A stretch of 64,000 nt of DNA from Camelus ferus (GCF_009834535.1 NC_045697.1:85562001-85626000); one strand, 5' to 3'. Numbered from the stretch's first letter, positions 25,226 through 38,407 are shown. The notes: generated by a model not told the origin, from the sequence alone. Numbers and translations: made by a program.

Positions 25226-25849
25226 AATTACAACTTATCAGATCCTGACCATGTATCAGACACTGTGCATAATGAAGCATTATTTCTTGGCAGTGCTAAG
25301 TGTCCTTTTTCCCCCTATTCTTTGTATTTTAATCTGTGCTTCTGGAGGTATTTATAAATTAGCCTGATGTTCTCAATAGCAGCACACAACTGGTAAGTAA
25401 CACTTTCAGTATTAAAATAATTCATATTCATGTGTGAAATTCAATACTGGTATCTTACGTTAGTCACTAGCTGGACACTGAACTTCTAGAATTGTGTTTT
25501 TTTAATGTAAGAAAATTCAGTTATATTTTCAAACAACCAAATAGAAAGTTCAACCTGATTTAAATAATTTTGATTTGAATATTTGACATCATTAATTTTA
25601 CTTTGCATTTTAATTCTTGTAGTTGGGAATAGTTAAAAGAAAAAACTTAAAATACTTATAAAAATAATTTCAATGCTTAACTTTTTACATTTCCTGTAAT
25701 TTATGTTTGTGTAAAATATATTATACAAAATTAGGCAAAATTTTGTGCACTTTAAATACTATTAAGTTTATTTTTTAATCATTTAGATCCTGTCAGTAGA
25801 ACACAAATTAAGAAAAAGCTCTGATGATGATAACACAATCAGTAGCTTT

Positions 25850-26186
25850 ACTAAATTAAATGCCCCAAATTTTTAGAATTAATATCCAACAATATTTATG
25901 ATTTATATATATTTTATTTTAATACACATTTAAATATTGCCAATCAAAGCAAAATTCATATATAAGCAATCGATTAAATTTACACATGTTTGATATTTTG
26001 CCAATAAACTATATATAGCTTGATGCATATTTTTAAAATTTTGCTGTGGTAAAGGTCTATTTGTCAGAGTGCACTTACAGGACTCATTTTATTTGTTATT
26101 TGTAACTTCTAAATATTTAGGGTTATATTATATTGACCTCCATTTGTATTCTTGCCAGGGCCCTGCAAATGTTAGGGGTGGGCATG
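25850..26186 (-). mobile_element. hAT-Tip100 DNA transposon end (Zaphod/MER115-like)
   Basis: Minus strand starts catgcccacccctaacatttgcagggccctggcaagaatacaaatggagg...ctaaatatttagaagtta. Left boundary uncertain. Confidence 0.6.
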
Positions 26187-27794
26187 GGGAGAGGCACCAC
26201 CACTCCTGAAACATCCTCCAAGTTCCAGCCCCTCTTGCCCGACTTAGGGGTCCCCTCATTTAACCCCCTTCTTTTACAGATGGAGGAACCCTGATTGGCT
26301 GCAAGTCTATGCCAAACCATAATGTTACCTGCCTAGGACCGGGAAGCAAGCAGAGTGGCACGTTCCTTGAGCACAGCTGGAGGACTGCTAGGTCCTCTCT
26401 TGCAAACAGCTCACTCATCTTAGACTGAAACCATGGGCCCTGATAGCCAATTCCATGTGAGCTTATTCCTGAGGATGGCAGGCAGCTCACCTTGGCAGCA
26501 GGCCCTTAACCAGGGGCCCTGTCTGATTGCTAACCCTCTCTCTCTAAATTACATCTCTTTTAACAAAGCATTGCATTTGTGTGTGTATCAATACCACTAA
26601 TCCTAAAACAGTTAATTACAGAGAGGCCATCTCACATCTATTGAACTCAAGGATGCTGGGCATGGCAGAAGGCATCATTTAGCTTGTGTACCTCCCACCG
26701 CTGGTACCCAGAGCAGTCTCCCACCTCCTCCACAGGCTCCATTCCATGTATTGGTCAGTGCCTCAGAACAAGCCACACCTGTCTGGCTGAAAATGTTCCA
26801 GACCAATGCACTACAAGCCAATGGGCCCTTTCATTCCATGTCCTCCCTTGTCTCTGATTGGCTCTGTGATGTGCTTTCAGGTCTGTCTCAGATCATGCCA
26901 GATAAGGGTGGACAGTCCTTGTACAATGAGACTGCCCTTTTCATACCAGGCACTGACTGGCCTCTTGCCTGTCCTTCTCACTGACAACATTGTGTGGAAG
27001 GCAAGGGTGCAGGTGACATTAAAAGAGAGAGCATTCTAGAAATGCAGTGATTATGGCCTAAAGAGTTCAAAAGAAGCTATGGTTGGAAGATGTGTTGTTC
27101 TATATTTAAGCTTACAAAGTTCTGCATGGTAAATTTCACATCATCGTAAATAAATGATTGTTCTAATTTTCATGCATAGATGGGATAAGACTTACCTTTG
27201 TGAGCTTCTTCCACAAAGCCCATAGCAAACTTTTCAAGAGTCATTGAAAGCCAACATTCATGGGCAGCACAATAGATAACACACTGTGTGTAATGTTTTA
27301 ACCAGCGCTGAAGAGCCAGTGTTGAACAACTGCAGAGGCAAGAGGAGATTTTATTTCCCCCATATAAACAGGTTCTAGGGATCCATGACACTGTGAGTTA
27401 CAACTGCATTGCTACCATTTGCTGGTGGTGAGAGGTCTGAAATGAACCAGAAACTTCACAGTTGTCAACAAAGAACATGAAAACGTGGTTCCTAAATCTG
27501 AACAAAGAGATGATGCCTGGACACCACGAAGATTCTTTATTGAAATGATTAGACCATAAACAAAGACGTAAGTATTTCTTCTCTTCCCATGATTCTAAGT
27601 CTTCATCAATAAAACGCTATACCTCCCATGGACATATAAATTTGATAATGCATTATAATTAAGATGTGGTTATAGACAAGGGATCCACAAAAAATTCTTT
27701 GCCTAGAGGGAGCTCTGTGGAGGACCCTGGGAGTAGCTTTCTCCTTTAGTGTCCAGGAACAGGGGCAAGGCTAATACTGATGATAAAGGGAGTG

Positions 27795-28035
27795 TAATGT
27801 TGATGTAGTAAGATCACTGGTCCAAAAGACAGAAGCCTGAGATCAAGTCTGAGCTCTACTTCTTACTAGCTGTGTGGCCTTTTTAAATGAACTTGACATC
27901 ACAAATTCTCAGCTTCCTCATCTACAAAACTGTAACAATGATATGTGCCCCACTTGCCAAATAGGTTTACTCCACTAATAACTGATATTCATGGTTATGA
28001 ACAAACTTTGTAAACTTTACAGTGATTTGAAATGG
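27795..28035 (+). mobile_element. MIR SINE
   Basis: gctctacttcttactagctgtgtggcctt...ctcagcttcctcatctacaaaa...actttgtaaact. Confidence 0.8.
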
Positions 28036-29115
28036 ATATTTTGGAATAGCAAAATTTGGATAAATACAATGAAAAAATTTTCCCTTAAAAGTAATTTAAT
28101 ACTTAGTTACTACAACTGGTTTATTTTGTTCCAATTAGACAGTGAAAAATAGTCCCTCTAAGGTCACCTTTTCCTTTTGGTGGTTCACAGCAGCGTTAAT
28201 TAGGCCTCTTTATGTAATGGAAGCAGTCAAAATTGCATTAAAATTATTAAAAAGCCATTTCCCCTCAGAGTCTATTTGATTTGGGCTTTCCAAACCACTG
28301 ACAATTTCACTGCTGTGTGTTTTCAGCAAAATTATATGTTTAAAGCTTAGCTATAAGCTGAAATTCTGCCCCAGGATACCAAGAACACCACAAGTTTCCT
28401 TTGGTGTCATTTGTGTTATGATTTTAATTATTTATTGACATTTCAGAAACGAAAGCCTCGGCCTCCACCCTCTATGACTTCAAAAGATGGAACCCATTAG
28501 ATCAATAAGTGGGCCAATGGGCCAAGGAGTAATTTATAGCCCTGCTACTATTCAGTTTCCTTTTAGCCTGGGGTCTCTTTTACCCAGGAGAAGACAAGAC
28601 CAAGTGCCGAGGTCTAAATAGAAAGTCAAGTGGAGAAAAGACTGGACTCGATTTTCATTATCTGGCTAAGAAAAATAAACCTCTCCATCTCTCTCTCTTT
28701 GTCTCTAGCTTATTATAGCTCCTCATGGCAAATATTTCAGAAGATTAAAGCCCACAGTCCATTGTCATTGTAGAGTTAGAGTGCCTGAGCCCCTTGTCTC
28801 CTTGGAACAAGTTTATCTGGGTTAGACCTCATGTCAAAACTCATGAATATACAGCCAGGAACTCTGGAGTGGAAGACAGATTGTGGAGATTCTAACTAAC
28901 TTACCCCTAAATCCTTGCACACTGTGAAATCGGCATGTGGCACAAGTGAGGGCATCTACCATCACAGTATCATAGCTGTAAACAAACACACTGCTGTGGT
29001 TTGCGGATAGAAATAAAGCTCTCTCTGTGTGTCTGACCTTAGCCAGAACATTGTTAGAAGGCTGTGAAGTAGACTCATATGGAGATACTATAATTGAAAA
29101 TAAGAAAACCTAAGA

Positions 29116-29250
29116 GGGGGAGGGGGCATAGTGCAGTGGTAGAGTGTGTGTTTAGCATGTGTGAGGTCCCGGGTTCAATCTCCAGTACTTCTTTTAAGAA
29201 TAAATAAACAAATAAACCTAATTACCTCCCCACAAGATAAAAAAAATTTA
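29116..29250 (+). mobile_element. tRNA-Ala-derived SINE (camelid Vic-1 type)
   Basis: ATAGTGCAGTGGTAGAG...TTTAGCATG...GGGTTCAATCTCC, tail AATAAACCTAATTACCTCCCC, flanked by taagaaaac on both sides. Confidence 0.9.
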
Positions 29251-30019
29251 AGAAAACAAATTGTGAAAAAAAAAAAAGAAATGAAAAAAAAAAAAACGTA
29301 AGAAATATTGAGAAGTCAAAAGTGACTATGATGAAGGCCTGAAGGTCTACTTTGGGTTAATGGAGAAGTCTGAAAAGGATTTAATAATAGCTTTCAAATA
29401 ATAGAAGGGTAATTTTTTCTTATTTTTTTTTAAGGGAAGTTTTTTTTTTTTAACAAGAGGTGATGAATTTCTTTCTCATCTTCCTAATAAGCCTTTATTA
29501 CTTTGCTTGAATTTTTTCTTTCCAATCTTCTCCCCAATTCTCTGTTCTTTGCAACCTCAAAATCAGTTCTTTCTTAACCCTGAAGACATTAATTTCAAAT
29601 TTATAACAATTTTAATTCACCACCATGACACATAGGCTAGTGCTATTACATCACTAAAATCTGTGATCTCTTTAGCCACTCAACCCACCTTACAGTCACT
29701 GCTTCCTTCAGTTAACCATTCTGTCCTTCCTTCTCAACTATTTAACAAGACTCCTACCCTGGGGTCAATTTTCTTGCCACAGGACTTCGAGGCCCTGCTG
29801 GCTTTCTAGTCTCTGTATCTCTCCTTTCCCATGGTTGGAGATATTTCATCCTTGCCTGCAGAAAATCTTAGCCAAACCTCCAGGTCTTCCTCACTAATTT
29901 GTCAGTTAGTAACAACTTAGTCATGCTTTCTTGCAAATACCTCTTGTTCCTCCCTCATTACGATTAACTCTAGTTCAGATCGTGGTAAGCCTTTTCCTGT
30001 AGCAAGAGCCAGCATACCA

Positions 30020-30168
30020 GGTTGGTTAAAATATCTGTACCTTGAATTTAGACAATTTGGGTCTGAGTTTCAGTTTTCCCCTTTCTAGCTCTCTGGCCTG
30101 GAACAAGTTATTTAACCTCTCTAGATCTCTCTAAACCATACAAAAGAGGGATATTGGTAGCATCAAGC
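30020..30168 (+). mobile_element. MIR SINE (truncated at the Arthur1 insertion)
   Basis: ttagacaatttgggtctgagtttcag...ctagctctctggcctggaacaagttatttaacctct. Confidence 0.7.
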
Positions 30169-30170
30169 TA

Positions 30171-30992
30171 CAGAGGCAGATTTAACATGAAACTAACAAA
30201 GCTTAAGCTTTAGGTTTCTTCCTTCACATGGGATCGCTTTCAAGCCTTGGGAGGCGGAGCTGTAGCAGTGTGTTTTACTTAGCCATATCTTCTTGAAAAT
30301 TTTGCAACAGTAAGTTTGCAGTCTGTCTTCCTGTGTTGTAATTCCCATCATTATACAGTATTTGGAATGGCCATGGACATTTCTGGGATCCACCTAAAGG
30401 GAAGTTTGGTTGGTCATACATTTAATTTGAGTGTAGAAAGAGATATGTGTTTCACAATCACTTCCTCATGTATGGTTAAATTTTGCTTACTTCCAGGAAT
30501 ATTTCTACTGCAGTTCCGGTATCAGAAGTATGTGGATACAGGAGGAAAATCAAGATGTGAAATGAACAAAGCCAGAAGATAGTTTGCATAAAACTCTTTC
30601 AATTAGATTTATAAAATTTAAATTAGAGGACGCCAATCCTGTACAGATCTATTCAAAATGGAAGGCATTGCCTATCAGGAATGTATTCAGGAAGGCAGCA
30701 AATACAAATATGAACGTACTGTATGCTTTTTGCCCTATTTTGATAAATATCATGCCAAGTAGATCTTTCCCAAATTCCTGTGCTTGTAGGACACAAACCA
30801 ATAGAGGCGTATTAAAACCAAAAGCAATTATCTGTGAGAAATATTAAAGACACTTGGTGGAGCTTTTCCCAAATTTGACAACCATCTGAAAAAGCTGTAT
30901 TACCAAGATCAATTTTCAATTTAATAAATAATGATGTTATCTGTAATAAGTTAAGAAGTTGAAAGAAGCTTTTCTAAATAAGCAATAGTTTA
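30171..30992 (+). mobile_element. Arthur1/MER69-like hAT-Tip100 DNA transposon with transposase remnants
   Basis: 5' end CAGAGGCAGATTTAACATGAAACTAACAAAGCTTAAGCTT matches the MER69/Arthur1 terminus. Relic hAT C-terminal motifs VELFPNLTTI (30857-30886) and ERSFSK (30961-30978). Confidence 0.8.
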
Positions 30993-31009
30993 AAAACAAC
31001 AACAAACAA

Positions 31010-31125
31010 GGTGGGGTGGATATAACTCAGTGGTTGAGTGCATGCACAAGGTCCTGGATTCAATCCCCAGTACATCCATTTTTAAAATAAATAAGTAAAT
31101 AAACCTAATTATCTCCCCTCACTCA
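31010..31125 (+). mobile_element. tRNA-Ala-derived SINE (camelid Vic-1 type) with internal deletion
   Basis: TATAACTCAGTGG...GGATTCAATCCCC, tail AATAAACCTAATTATCTCCCC, TSD aaaaacaacaacaaaca / aaaaacaatgacaaaca. Confidence 0.9.
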
Positions 31126-31142
31126 AAAAACAATGACAAACA

Positions 31143-31590
31143 TCTATTGCCTGGATAACGCTCTGTACCAACTACAAAATCAATCAGCATTATTGTTCAT
31201 GAGACTGGAGGAAGACAGGCCTTGACTTGATGGCTCTCTTGATCTTGACTTGATTTCTTCATGTGTTCGGGGCCAGCCAACTGTAGGCTGATCTAGGCTA
31301 GCTTCAGCTGCGACAGCCGTACTGAGTGGACTCCGCTGCACGTGTCTCCCACCCTCTGGCAGGCTGGTCTTAGTCTCACTGCAAAGGCAGAGGTGCAAGA
31401 CAGAGGAAGCTCAGCTGTGCAAGTGTTTTTCAAGTCTTTTCTGCTTCCAATTTGCTAACATCGCTTTGGCCAAATCAAGTCCCATGGTGAAGCCCAAAGT
31501 CAGAGTGGTAGGGCACTACATAGTTATGTGGCAAAAGTGTAGATGTCGGCAGGGGTGAAAATTCGGGCGATTTTTGAAATTTAATTAGTC
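31143..31590 (-). mobile_element. MLT1 (G/H-like) solo LTR
   Basis: ggctgatctaggctagcttcagctg, tttgctaacatcgctttggccaaatcaagtcccatggtgaagcccaaagtcagagtgg. Confidence 0.8.
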
Positions 31591-32284
31591 ATTTAAATAT
31601 CAACACTGTAAATATCCTTTGAAGGTATGGTACAATCACTTCTGAGATTCTCAGATTTATTTCACAAAATTCCTACCTTTATTTCACAAAGTGCTAATTA
31701 CATAGTGTCACGGTAGAAAACAATTATCGGTATGAGACTTTAAAATTGGGACTTAGAAAGAATATACGATAACTTTTAAACATTAGACATTGCACAAACT
31801 GTCCCCTTGCTGCTGAAAATTTACTGTCAAAAGATTTATCCTATGAAAGAAATTAAAAAAAAGAAAGAAAAAGATTTATCCTGTTTTATTCATTGTGTTA
31901 CTTACTATCTAACCTTTAAACCAAGGAGACAGCACATGTGTAGAGGGCTTTGAGAGATGTTCAGATTTTATCACGATGTTATTAACTGAACTTCATTTCA
32001 TAATTAGTTGCTAGCCTTATGGTGTAATTATTTTTCATTCCTTATGTAATAGCAGAAAGCAGCATTAAATAAAAGATGGAAGAGGGGACAATGAATAGCT
32101 GAGTTGGTGCATTGGGGCTGGAATGCTGGAAAAGGTACTGGCCTCAGCAGGCAGCGAGGTCGGTGGGGCATGATGTCAGTCGCCGTGTGCAACGGAGAAG
32201 CAGGAGGGCTCTGAGCACAAAAAGAGGAAGCACTCCTGAGCAGCAAGGAACCGAGAGCTCTCCGTTTGAATTCAGCCCTTCTGA

Positions 32285-32965
32285 CCAGCTCTCCATGGTG
32301 AGCCAGAGTGGTTTTTTCCTAAAGCACAAATACAATTCTGTTACTCCCCGGTTTAGCCTCCAAACTGAAACTCCTTAGTGCTCCCTGATCAGAAAGGGCC
32401 TCACATCTCTAGTCTTAACTCCTAGCACTCCTTTTCATTCTTTTGTTAAAAAGGACAAAGAAAAAGAAAAAGAAAGCCAAGATCAAACAAAGGTGAAAAA
32501 GAGGCTTCTCATTCCCTGAAGGTGCCATGGCTTCCTGCTTCTGATCATTTGAACACACCATGCTCTCTGCACAGAACAGCTTCCCTCCTGCCTGCCCTTA
32601 CCCTGCTCTGGACCCAACACACGCACACGTTTTCATCCCTCTCCTTCCCTTTCTAGTCTTCCTTCAGCACTAGGCTCAGATCACACTTTCTCCAGAAAGT
32701 CTTTCTGGAAATCAGCTCTCCTCAAACTGACTCAGTGTCTGTCCTCTGGGAGCTCCCAGACGCCTGCATTTAACCCCGCCGTAGCCTTCATCACTCTGTG
32801 CTGAAATTGGCCCTGTAGGCTCTGTTTCTTTTCTGGATGCAAGACTCCTGTGGTCAGGGATTGTGCCCTGGTCAAGGATTGTGCCCTGCTCAGGAAGGCC
32901 ACCCAAGGGCCTAGCACAGTGCCTGACACAGGAGAGGGACCAAATATTTGTTTTAAACTAAACAC
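32285..32965 (+). mobile_element. L2 LINE 3' fragments
   Basis: gccagagtggtttttcctaaagcacaaat, aggctcagatcacactttctccagaaagtcttt, gggcctagcacagtgcctgacaca...caaatatttgtt. Confidence 0.75.
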
Positions 32966-33599
32966 CGTCAGGGAAAAATAGGGAGAATTACATTCCTATA
33001 TGAAGTAACCAGAGATCTTCCGAATGTAGTCAGAAGAATCAGGGCTACCCTCAACACTTTTTGCTCAGTCATCTGTCCTTTCAGTATTGCCATGTAGGGA
33101 CAAAATATTTCCAATACTCTAAAGATAGGGGAACAGACACTGTGCCTTTTTCATGCCCGAGGACACAGTGAGTCATAACAGGATGCTAATGTTTGCTGGA
33201 AACACCGTCTCTCTGTTCAGTTAACCCCTGCCATCCTTCACAATCAGCTGTGTCATCTCCTGATGTGTTCTTTTGCTATAAGTCATCAACGTATAGCTTG
33301 AGCCGGGAAGCACATTCACTCTCTCAGGGTACCTGTTACTGGTAAATCGTACTCAGGTAATTCTTTCGTAGTTGATCTCAGTATTTGTTTAGATCCAGGC
33401 TTGAAGAAATTATAAAAATTAGAACTTGTATGTGTGTGTGTAGGAAGAAAACTGCATGTGTAAGAGAGAGAAAGATAGAACATGCAAAGAGTTAAAAATA
33501 GGAAATCTATGCCTTCATAACAATAGGAAAAAATCTATTATCTTGGATTTAGAGTTAGGTAGTGTGTTCCTATTTTCCATCGCTGGGTAAGGAATCACC

Positions 33600-33950
33600 T
33601 CAAAACGTATTGGCTTGAGACCACAGCCACGTGTGTTTTGCTCCCCTGTGTTTGGATTGGACTCAGCTGGGAATGTTTTATTTGATCCACTCTCTACTGC
33701 ACTTCAAAGCTGGGGCGACTTCGAGCCCAGGGGCTCAAGTCATCTGAAGACTCGCTCACTTACACATCTGGGAGTTATGGGCCAGGTACAGCTTCATGTG
33801 GCCTCTGTGTGTGGCCACTGGCTTCCCACAGAGTGATAGATGTGTTCCAAGGGCAAGCATTTGGAAAGAGAGAGAAACCAAGAGAGGCAAAAGCTATAAC
33901 CTTTTCAGAAAAAAGTTAACCTTGGAAGTCTCACAGTGCCACTTCCAAAT
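33600..33950 (-). mobile_element. MLT1 LTR fragment
   Basis: tggactcagctggg, gtcatctgaagactcgctcacttacacatctgg, ggaagtctcacagtgccacttcc. Confidence 0.65.
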
Positions 33951-34885
33951 AATTTTTTGAGTGAACACTTAGAATTTTGAATCTAATTAATGAATCTACT
34001 AAGAACTGCTCCTTTTCTCCAAGATTTACTCTTTCATATAGCTTGATATATTTCTGCACAAGATAACACATCTGATTATTAATATTTTTAGGTCAAAAGA
34101 AAATATATCTGTTTGCTCATAGGTTAAAAAAAAGGCATCAAGTTTATTATTAAGAGAACTACTATGGCCTTACTGGAAGACGGTTTTGCCAGGGATGTAA
34201 AGCAACTTTCACTCCATCGTTGAACAATATTCAGTGCACCTACCAAAATCTTGGATGCCTCTTCCTTTAGGCCAAAGCATACTTTGATTCACTTCAGAAA
34301 CCAAGAGATAAAGACAAAAGTAAAGGGTTTCCTGTCCCTTTATTTTCTGCAAAATATTATTCCAAGTAATATTTAGGTAATGCCAGTACTTTTTCCATTC
34401 CTCTTCCTATAGGTAAAATCGTCCAAATGGATCTGGCCTGCAGAGCTAATGATTGTACTTCCAGGATTGGGAGCAGATGGGAAAGGTGTGGCTCAAACTC
34501 CCAGCTGAGTCTCTATGGGACTCACCAGGGACCATTCCAAAGAGTTAATACATGGGGAGGGACGTGTACTAGCCCATTTGGCTTCTTTTCTCACTTTGAA
34601 CATTGAGGGGAAAGCTCTTTCTCCCCAAAATTTAAAAATAAACAGTATGATTTCTATATGGAGAATTTGAAGCATTACAAAGCTGTCCTGAGGCAGATAT
34701 GCAACTGCTTCCTGAAGGAACAGGTCTTGTACTTTGCTCAAGAACAATCATGAAAAGTCTATTTATCGCATCTGCCTTGCATGAGGAGAAACTAGTGTAA
34801 ATCATTGCCAGGAGTTCTTCAGAACTCGTTGTTCTTGAGGGTTTACAGTAACAAAAAAATATGCATTTGTGTTGGGCACAGCCTG

Positions 34886-35341
34886 TGTGATGGTTAATTT
34901 TATGTCAACTTGACTGGTCCATGGAATGCCTAGTTATTGGGTCAAACATTACCCTGTATGTTTTTGAAAGGGTGTTTGGGGGTAAGATTTCTATTTAAAT
35001 TAGTGGACTTTGAGTAAAGCCAATTGCTTTCCATAAAGTGGGTGGGTTTTGTCCAATCAGTTGAAAGCCTGAACTGAATGAAAAAGACCAGCCTCCCCTG
35101 AGCAAGAGAGAATTCTTTAGAAACAGACATCAGACTTGACCTGCAGCATTGGCTCCTTCCTGGGTATCCAGCTGCCACCCCACCCAGCAGATTTTGGACT
35201 TGTCAAACTCCATAGTCATGTGAACCAATTTCTTATAATAAATCTCTCTATATCTCTTTATCTATACATCAATATATAGATATATATGTATATATATACA
35301 TCCCATTGGTTCTGTTCCATTGGACCATCCTGACTAACACA
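34886..35341 (+). mobile_element. MLT2 (MLT2B-like, ERVL) solo LTR
   Basis: Starts TGTGATGGTTAATTTTATGTCAACTTGACTGG and ends cccattggttctgtt...cctgactaacaCA, with an internal (TA)n after AATAAA. Confidence 0.9.
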
Positions 35342-36109
35342 GATGAGAATGTATCTTTTTTGTATCTAACATTTAGGTTTGCCTTCCATTCTCCTTTCCA
35401 ACAAACAAGAACAAATTTACATATATCTTTAGCTACCAGCTTAGTAAGAAGGAAGTCAGTTAAGTTAGTGAATAAGTGGTTCAAGAAACGCATGCAATAA
35501 AATGGGCTGTTCCTGGACTGAATTCTCATCAACCTTAATACAAGAAGTCTCTGATTTCATGAATCATCATCTTCAATTAGAAGTTCCTGCCAACGGTCCC
35601 GAACCATTGAGGTCCAGAGACCTCCTGACTGCTTGAGGTGTGCTAGAGTTGAGGAGCTGAAGAATGACACTCACCTTGAGACTCTCTGAGTATGAAAGAA
35701 CAGAATCCAAAAGAATCATAAAGAAATACAGTCTTCGATCGTCAGGGAATTACGGATGGTTAAAAAAGAACCTAGAATAGGGTACCTTAGAGGCACTGGG
35801 AGCAAGAAAACAGTGAATGATTCAGAGACTTGGATCTAAGTAATACCTACTGAATAAAAAAACCATAATTTATCATCAAAGCAGCAAACTTTTAAGAAAA
35901 GTGAAAAGGGACTCTAATAATTAAATACATAAACTGAAACTTCAGGGCAAATGGGGATGTATAGACATGCTGCATGTAAATCAGAGGGCACTTTCCCTTG
36001 CCTGCCCACACAGAACTCTCTAGAAGGGAAGAATGCTGAGTGCTGGGGAAGGGATAAAGGAAAGAGCGAATCAAACAGGCAAATGCAGGGAAATTCTACT
36101 TATTTTTAA

Positions 36110-38400
36110 ATGGTTTATTTTTAAATGAATTGTAAACAAAAATATAGCTATTATAAAGATGGAGAAAATACAGAAAGATACAGAGGGAAAAACAACAAAT
36201 ATTACAGTAAATGTTCATCTAATCCTTTTTAAACTCAGATGTATATTTCTAATTCCATGGTATTCAAACATATACCGTATTTTTAAAAATTAAAGTTGTA
36301 ACACAAGCATTTCTATGTTAGGTCAAATTATTTGAACTATGATTCAGAGAGCTGCACAAAACTTTTCTAAGTGACAGTATTCTGATTTCCTAAGCCACCT
36401 TCTCTTTTCTAATCTTTAGATTATTTAAAAATTTTCACTACTCTTATTAATATACAAATCAATGTCAGTGAGGGTCCTCATGCACAGTACTCTTTTCCCC
36501 TGACAATGTATTTCCCACCTTAGATCTCTAAAAAGTAAATATCAGGTTAAATATTTTGAAGGTTAGATATTTCTTACTTAAACCCATCTCCAAATAAAAA
36601 ATGTTAAACATTTGCACCAGTAATCTCTGAATGCTCTGAATATATCTATTTTACCTTGAGTATTTCATCCATCTTTAACATTAGTATTTAAACTTTTGCT
36701 CTTCCAAAAAATATATATATATCATTATTGTCTTAACTTGTATGTCCTTGACTGCAAATGAGGTTGAGCATTTTTCCATGGTTTTGCTAACCGGCTCTAT
36801 TTCTTATGGTACAGCAGTGCTCAACTTTTTGGTTTCAGGACCCATTTACACTTTTAAAAATACTGAAGACCTCAAAGTTTTTGTTTATGTGGGTCATAGG
36901 TTTTGGTATTTTATCGTATTAGAAATTGAAACTGAGAAGCTTTAAAATATCTACTTATTAATTAACTTTAGAAAACTATTACATGTTTTCATATATAAAA
37001 TTTTAATGAAAAATAACAGTTTCCAAAACCGAAAAAAAATTTGAGAAAAATGGCATTGTTTTACATTTTTACAAATACCTCTAATGTGCAACTTCTTAGA
37101 AGACATATCTGCTTTGGTAACTGCAAGTAATTATAATACACTGCTTTGATTGAATTATAAGAAGACAATTTCAGTATCTCACAGATAGGTAGTTGGAAAA
37201 GGAGTAATATTTTAATTGCCTTTTCTGAAATTATAGGTATTCTTTTGTTATACTACACAAAATTCAACAAGCAGCTGTTTCTTAAAGGTTACTTTCAAAA
37301 CAGAAGCTAAAACCACATCAATGAAATTTTAGTGTTCTTTTCATTGAAACCCCCACTGGCATTTCTAGGACTTTGAACAGATTTTTTTTAACCCTGCATG
37401 ATTTTAAAATATCATGCCTTAGCCATTTAAAAAATATTAGTTCACTGAGTTATGCAAAGCTTCCAAATGTTATCACATTTCATTACAAAATGTCAAAAAG
37501 TCAAATTCATTAATATTACTACCCGTCTTATCAGAAAAGTCTCAAAGAACTAGAAGGCCGTGTTTCACCATAATCGTTATACATTTTCCAGTATTCTGGT
37601 TTTTACTTGGAAACTCAAATCTTATCACTGGCAACAAATACAACTGCTTTCCTTAAAGTGATGGCTTAGTTCCTTCAGTTTCAAGAAAATGTCTGACAAA
37701 TACCTAAATCTGAAGAACCGTAATCTGTCAGTTATCTCAAGGACAAATGTAGTTCCATGAAAAAAACATCTAGTTCATCTTGCAATTACAAAGTGCTTTC
37801 TCCAGACACTGTGGTACTTCAGTGCTCAACAAAAGTGCTTTGTTCATACCTTCCATTTTGTCACACAGAAAATTCACAATATGTGTCCCCAAGGATTGAG
37901 ATTTAATAAAATTCATAACATAATGTTTACTGCTTCATGAAGGACATTCTTTAGTAAAATTGTTTTTGTGTTGTTGCTTTATTTTGCTCTGTTTTGTTTA
38001 CCACAATGATTGCACAGTGGTGAAAAATACAGTGATTGCTATTTTGGTGCTATTGTCTTGATTCATGCTAAAGTATCAGGACATTTCCAACCGTTGTTTT
38101 TGTACAAGGTCAAACGTTGTCTTGGGGACTTCCACAGGTCCGTGTACAACACACTGAGACCACTACTAAAGCGAATTTTCTATTCACATCTTTTGCACGT
38201 TTCCCCATTTGGAGGTTTCCTGGGTATAGGCTCATTGTATACTGCATATATTAACCTTTTGCTATAGTATTTGCTATTGAAATTACTGGCTGTTTGCCTT
38301 TGCATTAAAATTTTGACAATGATATAATTTTTATGCACAGATTTTTAAACATTTTATATACTCCTATCCGTTGGATCTTTTTGGTGTATAATGTCATCTC
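36110..38400 (-). mobile_element. Old L1ME-like element interrupted by Charlie1
   Basis: aatgaggttgagcatttttccatg...tatttctt before 36812 resumes as gaattttctattcacatcttttgc after 38170. Confidence 0.6.
36812..38167. mobile_element. Charlie1 (Charlie1a-like) hAT DNA transposon deletion derivative
   Basis: ctcaactttttggtttcaggacccatttacacttttaaaaa at one end, cacagataggtagttggaaaagg and ttcactgagttatgcaaagcttccaaatgtt internally, degenerate TIR acactgagaccact at the other end. Confidence 0.85.
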
Positions 38401-38407
38401 TTGCTTC

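Noticed and set aside
26640..27000. Possible ancient LTR with CCAAT/ATTGG motifs
   Set aside because: Too diverged for me to assign a family or boundaries.
30193..30847. Consecutive ORFs inside the Arthur1-like element as a possible domesticated transposase
   Set aside because: Short, interrupted by stops and frameshifts; no intact catalytic domain.
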